Shown: in pieces, positions 13,601-24,169 of the stretch
Numbering within the stretch: position 1 is the first letter of the stretch
How the letters are laid out: each line of letters begins with the position of its first letter
From: Phoronis australis
Taxonomy: Eukaryota > Animalia > Phoronida
Direction of reading: 5' to 3'
NCBI GenBank assembly: GCA_002633005.1
Contig: NMRA01000353.1
Span: forward strand, 319,625-383,624
Length of the DNA stretch: 64,000 nucleotides
The notes under the pieces: generated by a model
What the model was told of the DNA's origin: nothing
The model's database searches: none
What the model saw: the letters and a program-made list of their open reading frames with translations, nothing else
Translations under genes and position numbers: made by a program

Positions 13601-15749
13601 TTTATCATTCGGCAGGGAATTTTCATATTATTTGTCTATGTTTGACCCCATCTATGCATATCCACTAACAAAATAATGTTTTACCCACAAACACTGAAAA
13701 GCCACTGAATCTGATGGGGTCCAATCCGTCGTCGGTTTGATATCAAATACACGATATTGTCACCGATAACGACACTTTAGGTTGTGTAAGATCCTCGGAA
13801 AATGACCAAGTTTGGGCAGGTTTGTAACATCATGTCTGAGAAATGCGTGATGGGGTTCATACGAAACGTTATGCTGTGTTCTCAAACGCGCTTTTAGGAA
13901 TTGTTTAAAATTGTTCCACTTTTGCTTGAGGGGTTTTCAAAAATAGGACTATCATGATTTTTATTTAAAAAAAATCAAAAACTGGATCAAATGAAAATGA
14001 AATGATAATTTAGAAAACTGAAACAGTGTTTTTTAGATTTTATCTTGGAAATTTACATTAATCAAAGCCTGGTCATGTTGATACCATTGTTAGGCTCTGT
14101 ATGGACCTTTCTTTTTTCCTAAATTTTATTAAAAAGACATGGTCACGTGGTCCAGTAGATTAGTATAAAGTCAAAAAACAAACTCCACAAGCTTTTTACT
14201 TTCGGGAAACATATGCTTTTACTGAGTTAAAATCTATAGTGTTTTTAGATAGTTGCCTAAGTACACCAACAAGTCTACAAGGTCCTACATAATCGTATTG
14301 AGCGTGCTCGTCATTGTACATACACCTATATTTGTACATATAATTGTTTTGTTATAATTCAGCGCGTTGATATCTTATCAGTAAGATTTATTAATTTTTA
14401 TAATTGTATAACTCTACCCACTCTGGTGGGTTTACACATATTTGTATAAGCGAATACTCCTCTTATGTATGGTTTAGACGCTACGACGGGTAGAGCTATA
14501 TTTATAGATGTCACCCAGTAGGATGTACCCGGAAATCTTCCACGCGTCCACCCATTGGAAAAGGTTAGAGGTACCCCGCATCTTTCTCGTCTACAACCCC
14601 GGTTGTACGTTTATTGTTTGTTAAGTAATTAATTACTTGACAGAGACTCATGTTCTTGAATTGAATGTATGTGTGTTTATATTAATTTCAGTGGACGTGG
14701 AACGATTTTTTGCCTTAGCTGATCAAAGAATTCCCACACTGAGGGGAATGAAATACTCGTCACCATACTTAGCAGGATTGGCTCGCTGCGTCAATCACAG
14801 AGGTGGGAAATGGCACGTCATGATCGGTACCGATGACGTAAGTGAAATTTTAGTTTATGCTATATTGTGAAACAATTTTTATAGAGGTAGTTCAATGCGG
14901 AGAACATAGTTGGGCGAGTTTGAGTCTAATGTAAGTCAATTTACGACAAAACGACTTTTGCACCTGGTTTGAGAATATGTTACCGTATCTTCAGCAATAC
15001 TTAATGGGCCTGGTAGTCGGCTGTGAGACAAGCGTGCTAACTTCGTATCTTGTTCCTACTCATCAGCGAATGTACAAGGCCTTCAAGAAGGGTGACATGG
15101 ACGAGGCTCGCCTGCAACAGGTTGGTCAGTCGAAGTTTTCCTGATTTGCTCAGCAAAGTTCCAAAGTATTTATTTTCGAGTTTAACATCAAAGTCGTCTG
15201 GGAAGGCGTAGGCCTACGGTCGATGTGAAACTACTTGTAGTTAAATTGCACTCATGCCTAAAGAAGTTCAAGTGGGTAAAACTACATGGGAGGGACCCCG
15301 TGATCGTGGACAAGAATTTCAACACAGTTTTCCTTTACAACGCTATATATTGTAATACGTACCGTACGTTAACCTTCCATAACAATGGGCGGCGCAGCAC
15401 TGAAATAAGTGAGGAGGGGAGGGGCTATAGCCCGCCAGCCTCCATGTGACCATGGGCAGCACCCCTTCTGAAATAAGTGGGGGAGCTATAGCTCCCAGCC
15501 CCGTATGGTGCGCCGCCCATGACAACCATCCTATCGTTGCAGGACCGCTGTTTAAAAGTCAGCAAACTGCGCTCCAAGCACGGTATAGCAGTCGGTGGAT
15601 TCGCCGTTTCTCGAAGCGTGATGCCTATGTTGGGCTTAGATATCGGGCCGCCTCGTCTGCCATTATCCCAACTTAACTCGGTGGCTGCTAATACGCTGAA
15701 GAAGGATTTAGAAGAAATAGGTTTTTTTGATTGGGCGAAGGCTACGTAA
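1573..15749 (+). CDS. NPL: N-acetylneuraminate lyase-like gene (DHDPS/NAL family), 8 coding exons, 5'-incomplete
   Basis: Joined exons 1573-1637, 2405-2475, 8615-8699, 10203-10260, 12264-12339, 13404-13496, 14692-14837, 14995-15120 and 15543-15749 (9 segments counting the terminal one) give one open frame: KISQFTTEGVVAAPFTPFTSDGEIDFDKFGPYIDHLVEYECKNLFVLGTTGEGLNMTVEERKLVTEEWMKAKSRLLKVVIQIGAGNMKDSMELAQHAQALGADAISCVAPSYYRPETEEQLVDYMQNVASCAPTTPFYLYDIDFMTNIKLDVERFFALADQRIPTLRGMKYSSPYLAGLARCVNHRGGKWHVMIGTDDQYLMGLVVGCETSVLTSYLVPTHQRMYKAFKKGDMDEARLQQDRCLKVSKLRSKHGIAVGGFAVSRSVMPMLGLDIGPPRLPLSQLNSVAANTLKKDLEEIGFFDWAKAT*. Family motifs TPF, GTTGE, catalytic Tyr, Schiff-base Lys (GMKYS) and GPPRLPL are present. 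All introns are GT-AG with matching phases. Confidence 0.93.
2405..2475 (+). CDS. NPL: NPL-like exon (GEIDFDKFGPYIDHLVEYECKNLF)
   Basis: ctgtttttcag acceptor, G|gtaagt donor, phases 2/1. Confidence 0.92.
2519..2643. repeat. 30-bp minisatellite, ~4 copies
   Basis: Unit GTATTCCCCAGTGGCTATACAGTTATTGAT. Confidence 0.9.
2808..2935. mobile_element. ~135-bp MITE (GTTCAGTAACGCTAGGACC family), copy 1
   Basis: Similar copies at ~28494-28630 and ~45592-45718; those copies show inverted termini GTTCAGTAAC...GTTACTGAAC. Confidence 0.7.
2965..3078. mobile_element. hAT-like MITE (CAGGGGCGGAT...ATCCGCCACTG)
   Basis: Terminal inverted repeats; related ends at 48470-48624, 56304 and 56853. Confidence 0.6.
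6690..7620 (+). mobile_element. Penelope-like retroelement 3' fragment (GIY-YIG endonuclease plus pLTR)
   Basis: NVVYQFT...CYIGHT...LKFLESLLI...LNKQ with an internal stop, followed by a CTGATGA motif and a repeat of the ORF N-terminus (RRLFRHYERL...FNDVYANEGLL). Confidence 0.8.
8115..8522. repeat. Dispersed repeat, near-identical to 56308-56570
   Basis: Direct sequence match; the 8 kb copy carries an extra ~140-bp internal segment. Confidence 0.85.
8615..8699 (+). CDS. NPL: NPL-like exon (VLGTTGEGLNMTVEERKLVTEEWMKAKS)
   Basis: catttag acceptor, CG|gtaagg donor, GTTGE pyruvate-binding motif. Confidence 0.93.
9159..9914. repeat. ~378-bp tandem duplication joined by a single N (likely assembly overlap)
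   Basis: 9159-9535 and 9537-9914 differ by one substitution and one T indel; N at 9536. Confidence 0.9.
10203..10260 (+). CDS. NPL: NPL-like exon (RLLKVVIQIGAGNMKDSMEL)
   Basis: tgcag acceptor, TTA|gtaagt donor, phases 2/0. Confidence 0.92.
10721..11200. mobile_element. MITE with ~110-bp imperfect terminal inverted repeats
   Basis: CAAGTCGACGGCAGTAC...CTATGAGGTCACGGCAAGC at left, reverse complement at 11105-11195. Confidence 0.85.
12264..12339 (+). CDS. NPL: NPL-like exon (AQHAQALGADAISCVAPSYYRPETE)
   Basis: ttaaag acceptor, G|gtagtg donor, GADAIxxVAP motif. Confidence 0.9.
12900..13238. repeat. 75-bp minisatellite, ~4.5 copies
   Basis: Unit CACGTGACCCGCCGTGACAAGCCAGCTCGTAGACTACCTCGTCTCAAAGCGTCACCTTTAAAGTGACTACTAACG. 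Confidence 0.92.
13404..13496 (+). CDS. NPL: NPL-like exon (EQLVDYMQNVASCAPTTPFYLYDIDFMTNIK)
   Basis: atttcag acceptor, C|gtgagt donor; PFYLY carries the catalytic Tyr. Confidence 0.92.
14692..14837 (+). CDS. NPL: NPL-like exon (LDVERFF...GMKYSS...IGTDD)
   Basis: atttcag acceptor, GAC|gtaagt donor; Schiff-base Lys and GxD motif. Confidence 0.93.
14995..15120 (+). CDS. NPL: NPL-like exon (QYLMGLVVGCETSVLTSYL...RLQQ)
   Basis: tcttcag acceptor, CAG|gttggt donor, phase 0/0, open frame. Confidence 0.88.
15384..15521. mobile_element. hAT-like MITE in last NPL intron
   Basis: ATGGGCGGCGCA...TGCGCCGCCCATG inverted ends; internal duplication of CTGAAATAAGTG. Confidence 0.65.
15543..15749 (+). CDS. 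NPL: NPL-like terminal coding exon (DRCLKV...GPPRLPL...WAKAT*)
   Basis: ttgcag acceptor, GPPRLPL motif, TAA stop. Confidence 0.92.
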   Translation, partial: DRCLKVSKLRSKHGIAVGGFAVSRSVMPMLGLDIGPPRLPLSQLNSVAANTLKKDLEEIGFFDWAKAT

Positions 15750-15944
15750 ACGTCAAAATGCAACGAGGATCAAATGAAGCGAAGTTAGGTCTTATTGGTG
15801 GCGATAGTACATTTTGTGTATTTTCGATGTCTTACGCTAGGGCTCTCGTTCTAATATTTTTTCTGAAGAAAGGACGTTCGTGTTAATGCTGTTCATCCTG
15901 ATGACGTGGAAACATTTTTATGCTTTGTTAATATGTAGTTAAAA

Positions 15945-16040
15945 CCGAGGTGAGTATCTGACTGAAGGGCCTAGTAGTGCGCCACAGTGGTATTCGAACC
16001 CACAGCCTTGAATATAGGAAGCGGACGGCCACACTGCCTC
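15945..16040 (-). mobile_element. tRNA-derived SINE head fragment
   Basis: Minus strand shows B-box-like GGTTCGAATAC; no full cloverleaf. Confidence 0.4.
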
Positions 16041-17676
16041 AAAACATTGTCACAGAAGGGAGGAATGGTAATAAACCATCAGTAGTTAGATCCATCCGAA
16101 AGTCATCCTAAGCTGTGCTCTTGTTAATGTTGATGCAATCGCAAAAAACAGCTTCGAGGATGCATAGAACTAGTCGGATTCGTCCGAAAGTCAACATCAG
16201 CCACGTACACCGGCCACACTGGAATCATTTCAGTCAAGTTTCACGCTGACCATTCACCGAACCTGGTACTTATTGAGGCAGTTGCAAAAACTAAAAGTGT
16301 CACAATAAGACATAGCCTTATTCCACGCTTACATCATAAGGGAGCTTATCGGTCAAATTTCATGGAAACCACTTGGCAGATGGAGAGGTTGACGACAAAA
16401 TCGAACACCAGAATACTAAACTTGCCACATGGGGGACAATAGTAGTCATGTTTACCCTAAACATTCTACCTATTGTCGTCTTCTTGATAGAAGCACATTT
16501 GCCCGATTTAATAAAGATCCGGTGAGTAATTTGGCGAGAAAGAGGCAAACACAAAATTTAAAAATTTCCAGTAGGTGGCACATCAGAAGTCACATCTGAT
16601 AAAAAATATTCGTCACCTGTTGACATGTTCATAGAAATACACCGGCCAAATTTCACGAAGAGGGGTTTATAGCGTTGGTTTTTGTTTTCCTGTGCGATTT
16701 TTTTTGTTGAAACTGATATTTGAGTGGAGCAATAAATACGAGACCCAGGCCCCGCGTGCGGGTTGAGGATAAGCCTCTCAGAATGTGCATTTTATTTGAA
16801 GTGACAAGTTAGATGTATAGAAGATGTGAACATACGAATTAATATTCCTACACAATAATACGATTGACCACACTCATTTCCAGGGTAGAGCTTGTAAAGT
16901 AAAGAAAACATGTAGTGAACAAAATTTTCTACTAAGTAAGAACAATGCACTACATCAGAGGCGTAATAATAATAATGACTACAAAAGCAGTAACCATTTC
17001 CATTTCCTACGCACACTTCGAAGTAAGAATTTCACAACTTGTGAAACATTCGTAACACAATAATACTCAATTCCTACAAACATATTTAAGGAATTATGAA
17101 GTGAAAAATTGTATTCTGTATACATGATATCATTGGCCTCCAATTTTTAAGTGAACTACCTAACATGATTTTTAATGGTTTTACTGCTAACAATGTTTGA
17201 AATAACCGCAAGCAATCCATTGTTCAACACAGAACTTGAACGCACACGCAATCCATTAACAAGAGACAATAGATTAGAGCTACTGGAGAGGACTGCGGCC
17301 CACAGCGAGTTCAGTAGCAGGCTTTATAACCATTTATTTTTGATGCTACACAAATAAATGGCAATACATTAAAATAAAAATATTTAGCCTAGAAAGCGAA
17401 CCCTTATATCCAGGCTTTTAAATATAAAACAACGACTTACTTAAGTGAAACATAATATAGAGCAACAACACCAAAAGTAAAGAAAACAAAAACCAAGACC
17501 AAAATCATTTGGTAATAAAGGAGAACATATTAACAAGAGAATGATATATACAAAAACATTAACAAAACAAAAAGCTCAACATCGATATTAATGCAGTTCC
17601 CAATTATGACATTTGAAAATAAAATCACATGATCTCTAAGCAACAGAGCATTACAGTAGTTATAGTCCAGTCATTC

Positions 17677-20645
17677 TAGGGCTCCAGAGGCCCCAACCTA
17701 GAAAAAATTGCAACAGAAGGTTTTTTGCATAATGGCATCTTCAAACATCCCTTAGTGTCAGAAAAAAAATCTACCGAAATCGGAGTGGCGGAAGTTGGTT
17801 TTTCAAGATGGCGGAAAAAATGGCCGACAAAACCGGTGTTTACTGTTTTCTGGCATATTACTCTTATGTAACAGCTAAAAATAAAACAATAAAGTTTTTC
17901 ATTGATTATATACTTTTCATAACAGGCATACCAATCAAAAGATGCCAATTTTCCTTAAAATAAAACCAATATGGCCGACAAAATGGCGGCCGAAACGGCA
18001 ATTTGGTACATGTTGCAAGATTTCTTTTTATATTTTGCCCTGAAAATGGCGAAAGTTATATTCTTTTGTAAGTTAGACAATTGAAAATATCTGGACCTTA
18101 CAATTGGTCACTGGTGTGCGAGAAAAAAATCAAGATGGCTGACAAAATGGCCGCCAAAATGGCTGCCAATTCACAAACCTCAATTATGTTTTGCAAACTT
18201 TGTTTGTAACCTGATACGGATTTACACAAAACATTTTACAATCTACAGTCAGGGTTAATAAGTGATTGTTTCTGTAATTTTTTTAAGATTTAGATACTAA
18301 ATGTGGAATTGTAATCACATTTTAGATTATATAACATAAAAGTTGACAGATCAAGTAACGCCAATCCAAAACCAATGAAGAAAGAAATTCAGGTTCTTCA
18401 GAAATTCCAGGAGTCCGGAATGTCACCAACGCAGACCACACAGATTCCATGCCAAGAGATAGAGCAGTTCAATACTTACACATATTTTGGCTCGTCAAAA
18501 TATGGAGACAGATTCTTCAGACATCCCATCTGATCACATAAATAGATGTGTACTCTGGGGCATGCCATGCCCAGCCAGTGTCTTCCGATTCTGAACCTTG
18601 GATTACAGTGGAATGCCCTCACGAGAGTTCACTTCTGGCTTTCGACCGACTGCCACTGGTATATTCAAACACGACTGAATCAGAGTATAGGTCTTCAGAA
18701 TTCGCAGAGACAGAGAATAGTTCGTCAGAAGAATCAATGGCCAATGATATTCTTCGTGAAGATTTGAGAGCTGATCTGAAGCGGTATGATGATCTTATTG
18801 CTGACATGACGTCTGAGTGCGACGATGTATGCTCGTCGGAGTGTCTTGTGGGTATCCATAAAAAATCGAAGCACATAAATCAGACTTGTCCTTGCAAAGT
18901 CGAATCATTAGTCTTTGGCTACGGTATATGAAGATGATTGACATCCTTCGACTTTTAAAAGCAGAAATAACGTCAGATTGGGAGCTTCACTTAAAAGCAG
19001 TTTCTGAAATGCTGTCTTACTTTGCAGCTGCTGGTCACAACTCTTATGCAAAATCTTCATACATATACTTGCAGCAGACGTAGCAACTCAAAGACACATG
19101 TCCAGACGTCTACGGCCAACACACCATAAGACAAAGTGACAGATTCTGGGCAGGCTTGTCATAATGAGATATGATCTTGTAATTGAACAAACACTCATGA
19201 AAAGTATTAAAACAACAGGAGGTTTAACTTGAGGTTGCGAAATGGGAGATACACAGATTGCACAGTGCTGCTTTCCTTGCCGGCATGCTCAAGTATAAAT
19301 GGTGCCGTGCAGACTGTGGCAAACTTGAGTTCTGAAACAAGTCAGCAGCATAAAGAATGTACTCAGGCAAGACAGTCGCGTGACGACAAAGATATCCGCA
19401 GCCTTGTTGAATTCCTTCACAACAGTAACACATTTTAAAGAGATACATTACAGAACATCGCCATTGGTGTGACCGCAGGCACATGCGTCAGTGCCAGAGA
19501 AGTGGGGAAGACGGTTCGCTTGTCTATGGAGGGGTCAAGTGTGAAAGACTTCACATTCAGAAAGAAAGACAAGGTTATGGCAACGACAAGTCAATCCGTT
19601 CATGCTGCTAATAGTAATTTTCCATGACTGCTATTTCAGCGAATCCTGACAACTGCAAAAGACAACAGCGAAAGTTAATCAGGCCTTTTGAAGTTTGAGC
19701 TGTGTGTTGGTTCCCCTGCTCTAGTTGATACATCTGGTCTTCCCAGAGTCGCTAATAAATCAATATGAGCTGATGCACTCTGGTCCAGTGGGGGACTACC
19801 TGAGGATTTCAATTTTCAGAAAACACAGTGATGCATGTAATCGGCGGCGGTTCTCTCCTTCTCCGTATTCCATGCGCTAGAGGTGCAATGTTTCAGTCAT
19901 TTAGTAGAGCTTATGTGGATTACATCAGCAAGTGCACCAAGCCTACTGTTGTTTTTTATGGTTACTGAGATGGACCATCAACTAAAGATGTCTCTCATAT
20001 TCGAAGACTGGGTGGGGTGGTTGGAACTGAAGTTCACTTCAATGGTGACATGGTGATCAAGTAAAAAAGGAACATTTTTGGCAAAGAGCAAAAACCAAAA
20101 CTGATTCATTCACTTCTTGTCAAGTTTGCTAGGAAATGCTGGTTGCACAGTGGTACAAGCTCAAAGTGACGCAGATGTTTTAATTGTAGAAACAGCAGTA
20201 GAGAACGCAGCACAAGGTCCAACTACCCTTATTGCAGACGATACAGACTTGGTTCTTTTGCGTTACCATGCTATTTCACAACAAATTCCAATGTTCATGA
20301 AAGTTAACAAGAGGCACCAAAGCAAGATGAGAGTCTGGGACATCAAGGAACTACAGTTATATCTTGGTGCCAAAACTTGCGCAGTTTTGCCATTTGCGCA
20401 TGCAATAGGTGGTTGCAACACAATATTACAGCTGTTCAGTATTAGCAAAGGCTCTCCCATTCAAGAAACTGTGTGATCGAGAATTCTGCAAAATATGTAG
20501 TAAGAGTGTTCACTAGACACATGCAGCTGAAGCAAGACATATTTGAAGCTGGTAAGAGTTGTATCTGTGCTTCATAGCGGTACTGGCTCTGGAAATTTGG
20601 ATGACTTGCGATACAGGCGATTTGTGGATGAGGTGTCAGACTAGC
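17677..20645 (+). mobile_element. Degenerate Academ-type DNA transposon (DDE region plus XPG/PIN-like nuclease), 3' truncated
   Basis: Starts TAGGGCTCC with many AAAATGGC(G)GCC subterminal motifs. Broken ORF: WELHLKAVSEMLSYFAAAGHNSYAKS...SDRFWAGL...DLVIEQTLMKSIKTTGGLT...DADVLIV...DDTDL...HAIGGC. Confidence 0.72.
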
Positions 20646-21349
20646 CACAGTCCAAATGTTCAGAGTGTCAAAATCCAGGTCGATGTCTCTTTGTGGCGGG
20701 TCATCTCTTCTTCAAAATAGTTGACATGTCTGTTGTTAGGACAACATTTCATGGTCCCCAGACACAAGTTGCAGTGCTGGTTATAAGCCGGGCACTAACG
20801 CCCGTGAGTTTCAGTTACCGCATCGGCCACAGTGTCTGCCTCCAAATGTCGCACCACGCCTCCAATCATCACGTGTACCAAATATTGCATCGCGTCCACT
20901 GGCCATACCGCGTGCACTAGGTCTACCGGGACCACCATTCGCACTGCGCCGCGATGAAGTACCATGTCCAGGCTGAGTGACCTGTGTGCAAAAACTTCAG
21001 ATTCCTGGCCCTGTTGATGTATCTTTTTATTTTCAATGGATTATTCAAATTTCAGGTACTTTTCAATCGTTTGATCAAGAGTTAAATCGTCCTCCCACGT
21101 AATACTTTGTCTCTCACACCATTGGAAATTTGTATGGATACCTGTCGGTCAGGCACTTCGCCAAATTGTCCGCCCAGGTCACGAACACTCGTGATGAAAT
21201 CGTTCATACTTTCCGTGGGGCCTTAACTCCGTTGTTGAAATTTTGTGATAGCCAGTTTGAGTAGTTTTTTGGTTCAAAGTACCTGTCAAAGGCTTCTACA
21301 ACCAATCGATATTTCTGTTTTTCTGATGCCGAGAGCCTGAAGTTGTTAA

Positions 21350-23210
21350 AGGAGAATGCCCCCCAAATAACAACCAATTCTGTATCAAGTTAGGTCGAGT
21401 AAATCCACTTGATAACGGCAGGTTCGGTTGCGTTACCTGACACCTGACGGCAGACGGAGGTGTTGAAATTATCCAATGACGTAATTGGTTTCACACGCAG
21501 TCTGTTCAGCAGTTCACAACACGGATTAGTGGTGTCAGCTTATCGCTTGAATTCATCGATTAACACCAATTAATCGTCAAAATTCGATGTAAAACCCTTA
21601 AAAATACGCCGAGTTCTTGTAGAAACGTGTTGTTTTATTTCGCTGTCACGGATTTCCTGGTATTTAGACACATCGTAACCTACAAAGTTCGGCAGGCCAA
21701 TTTACCAAGGTCCGTAGCAGGATTTTGGGGTCTGTTCGGAGATAAATTCGAACTATTCTTCCGTGAAATACAGACAGGAGACCCTAGATCTGTTTAGTTA
21801 ATACTTGTGATTTTTTGAGTTCTAAACACACAAAACGCTTGTTATCCCGGCCAGTGGCTCGGAACCCGATCAGGCTCATCGCGACCGCCGGGACTGGCAC
21901 GAACATAAACCAGCTTGAGTTGGACACTAAACCTCCAGTCACGAAAAGACTATAATAGTGAGCCAAAGAAATAATGTGCACGTAAAACCTACTTACTTGT
22001 CGGGGGCCGCGAAGTCGGGTTCCCCTTCCACAGACCGTCATTGCAAAGGTTGTCACAGTAACAATGATTTGAATAATGTATTTGTATTTCTAAAAGCCGC
22101 TAAAGCAGTGGTTTATTCATTGCTGGCTTCTTAAAACATTTGCATTGTCGAGCACTCCAAGGCAATACAAATTGTATCCAATGAGACAGACTTTGATTCG
22201 GTTTCATATAAGCATTGGTTATGAGAATAATTCATTTTGAAACAGAACGCAGAATAATAAACGTCTACGAGTCAACTCGCCCGGCGCCAATCCCGACTTA
22301 GTCAAGAGCTCATCCGGCGACGAAGACTACACGTTAGTATAGGTTTCACAGGCTACCGGTTCGAACCGGAATACACTGATCTGTAATACCTGCAATACCT
22401 GTCACGGACAGGATCATTGGGGATATGCTGGTGCATTATTCCCCTCCCCAGACCATCCGTGACAGCAGAAGGCGCAGAACTCCAGGGCTGACGTTGCCCG
22501 TAAGCATTTGATTTGACAGCACTTGGGCACGGCTCTTGTGACTCTTCGCAGCATGGCCATAAATAATACCGGCTTCGAGCAGTCGGCTGCCATCATTGAA
22601 CTCAGCCAGTTGGGATGCAGTCTGTTCGAGGTTGCGTTTGCGGGCCAGCAGCCTAACGTCAGCCGAATATAAGTAGAGGGGTTGGTTGGTGGTGCATGAG
22701 CCAGCGAGGTAATCTGCACGGAATCTGCCATGGAATCGGTGGCAAAGAGAATACACTGATCAAGAAATACTAGAGAGGCACCGTGAATATGCACAGGCAA
22801 CGGAACGTATGGATAGTTCTTTTAAACCGGAATTCTTCAGAGAAATCACTGTCGACGAAGTGCCGGCCACAGACACGGAGATGTTTCACGGCCTCATACT
22901 TGCTATTATCAGCGTACCTTTCATTCTTCACTACCGCGAGCCACTTGCTAAGCATTTCGGGCTCTCGAGGAAGTCGAAAAAACGATATACCCTCTTTCTT
23001 AGCAGCTTCATAGTTCGGACAAGCGGCAACCGATGCACCGCAATATAGCGACATTTACTCTGCAGACGAACCACTGACGTCGCTTCTCACTTTCCTCGCA
23101 GGTTAACGCGACACCTCTCGGCAAGGTGAGGTCGACCGTATAAGAGGCGATGTGGATATAGACCGATTAAGACGGTAAAAAAGACTAATTAAATCGGGTA
23201 GCATTCTCCT
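21350..23210 (-). mobile_element. Kolobok-like non-autonomous DNA transposon with THAP domain, copy 1
   Basis: TTAA|AGGAGAATGC...GCATTCTCCT|TTAA; removing it restores the gag frame; THAP motifs FFRLP...W...VCGRHF at 22770-23054. Confidence 0.85.
22770..23054 (-). pseudogene. THAP zinc-finger domain remnant within Kolobok-like element
   Basis: C...C, FFRLP, W, VCGRHF. Comparison with copy 2 (CIVPAC) suggests a 1-nt insertion disrupts the N-terminal CxxxxC here. Confidence 0.75.
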
Positions 23211-23402
23211 TTAAATACAGTCAAGTATTGTGAACCCATACACGTGAGGAGTATTGCTACTTTCCGCTCATCGCGGAAATCTTGTTTATCCGTCGCGATT
23301 AAATAAAAGACCAGCTGTTGTTTCCAGGAGCGCCACTGTTCAATCGCATTGTCACCGATGACTAATTTTGACGGGGGTTAAAAATACATAATCGTGACAC
23401 CA

Positions 23403-23509
23403 TGTAATGTATTAAAAAAGGTGCTTTATTCTGCCATCCTGATTCGTACTTTCAACGCAATGGCAACGAGCGCCATCTGTTGATAATTGCATAACCATAC
23501 AGAACAACA
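23403..23509 (-). repeat. Short 5' LTR (~107 bp) of the Gypsy element
   Basis: Minus strand TGT...ACA with AATAAA, directly followed by the PBS; the outer boundary is inferred from TG. Confidence 0.65.
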
Positions 23510-23646
23510 GGGAAACGAGCCAGTTAGTGGAGTGCAGTTGGGTTCAATCGATACAGCTGTACCACGATAGCAGTGTTAACGCGGAGGGTAATAATATATC
23601 GAGAAAACAACTATGCCCACTCTGAAAATATAAGAACGCGGTGGCA

Positions 23647-23770
23647 ATGTCAATTTGGATTATTAAGATGGCCGGTCGTCCAATATCGTCTCATTCGAAA
23701 TGGCTTTTAGGATGCTGCGGTTTGCTGTGTACGATCGTCTTTATCACTTACTCTTACTCCCTTGACAGAG
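23647..23770 (+). CDS. Probable first coding exon of CASD1-like gene (cytoplasmic tail plus signal-anchor)
   Basis: ATG 23647 (in-frame ATG also at 23668) reads MSIWIIKMAGRPISSHSKWLLGCCGLLCTIVFITYSYSLDR with a hydrophobic segment. Strong phase-1 donor AG|gtacgt fits the phase of the acceptor at 46103 (G+AA=Glu). The linkage across the 22 kb intron is inferred. Confidence 0.62.
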
Positions 23771-24169
23771 GTACGTTTACTTAATATGTAATTCTTCGTT
23801 ACTAGGCTTCCTTAAAACTTCCATTATTGGCTGACTAGAGGTAAAGCATGAAATGATGAATACTTCAAATCTCTTGGGACAAAATTCTTGAATATTCTCC
23901 TAATGTTGCAGTTCAGAACCCCTAGTAAAATAAGACTGGCAGTGTGACAACGTCAGCCAAATAACTTAACCCTAGATTTATAATTTTTGCCATCGACTAG
24001 AATAGTCAAGTTCGTTCTTTACCATAGGCGGATCTAAGGGAGGAATTCAGAAAGTTTGGATCCCTTTTTAGCCAAAGCGCAAACAAACACTAAGGGAAAA
24101 TATGCGGCTGCTAGTGTTTCATTTATCTAGAACCGTGGTGCATTTACTTTCATACTGGGGAACTGCACG

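Larger units (their letters stand above)
20650..23402 (-). mobile_element. Gypsy/Ty3-type LTR retrotransposon gag remnant, interrupted by a TTAA element
   Basis: PBS TGGTGTCA at 23402-23395, then QWRSWKQQLVFYLIAT...KVAILLTCMG...VFN|NFRL...FDRYFEPK...ESMNDFITSVRDL...LTLDQTIE, and a CGRCG...CPAYNQHC zinc-knuckle remnant near 20770-20840. Confidence 0.82.

Noticed and set aside
15895-15935. CTGATGA..GAAAC hammerhead-like core in the NPL 3' region
   Set aside because: No stem II or stem I pairing can be formed
22770-23054. Intact domesticated THAP transcription factor
   Set aside because: It lies within TIRs and TTAA flanks, has abnormal Cys spacing explained by a frameshift relative to copy 2, and has no proper C-terminus
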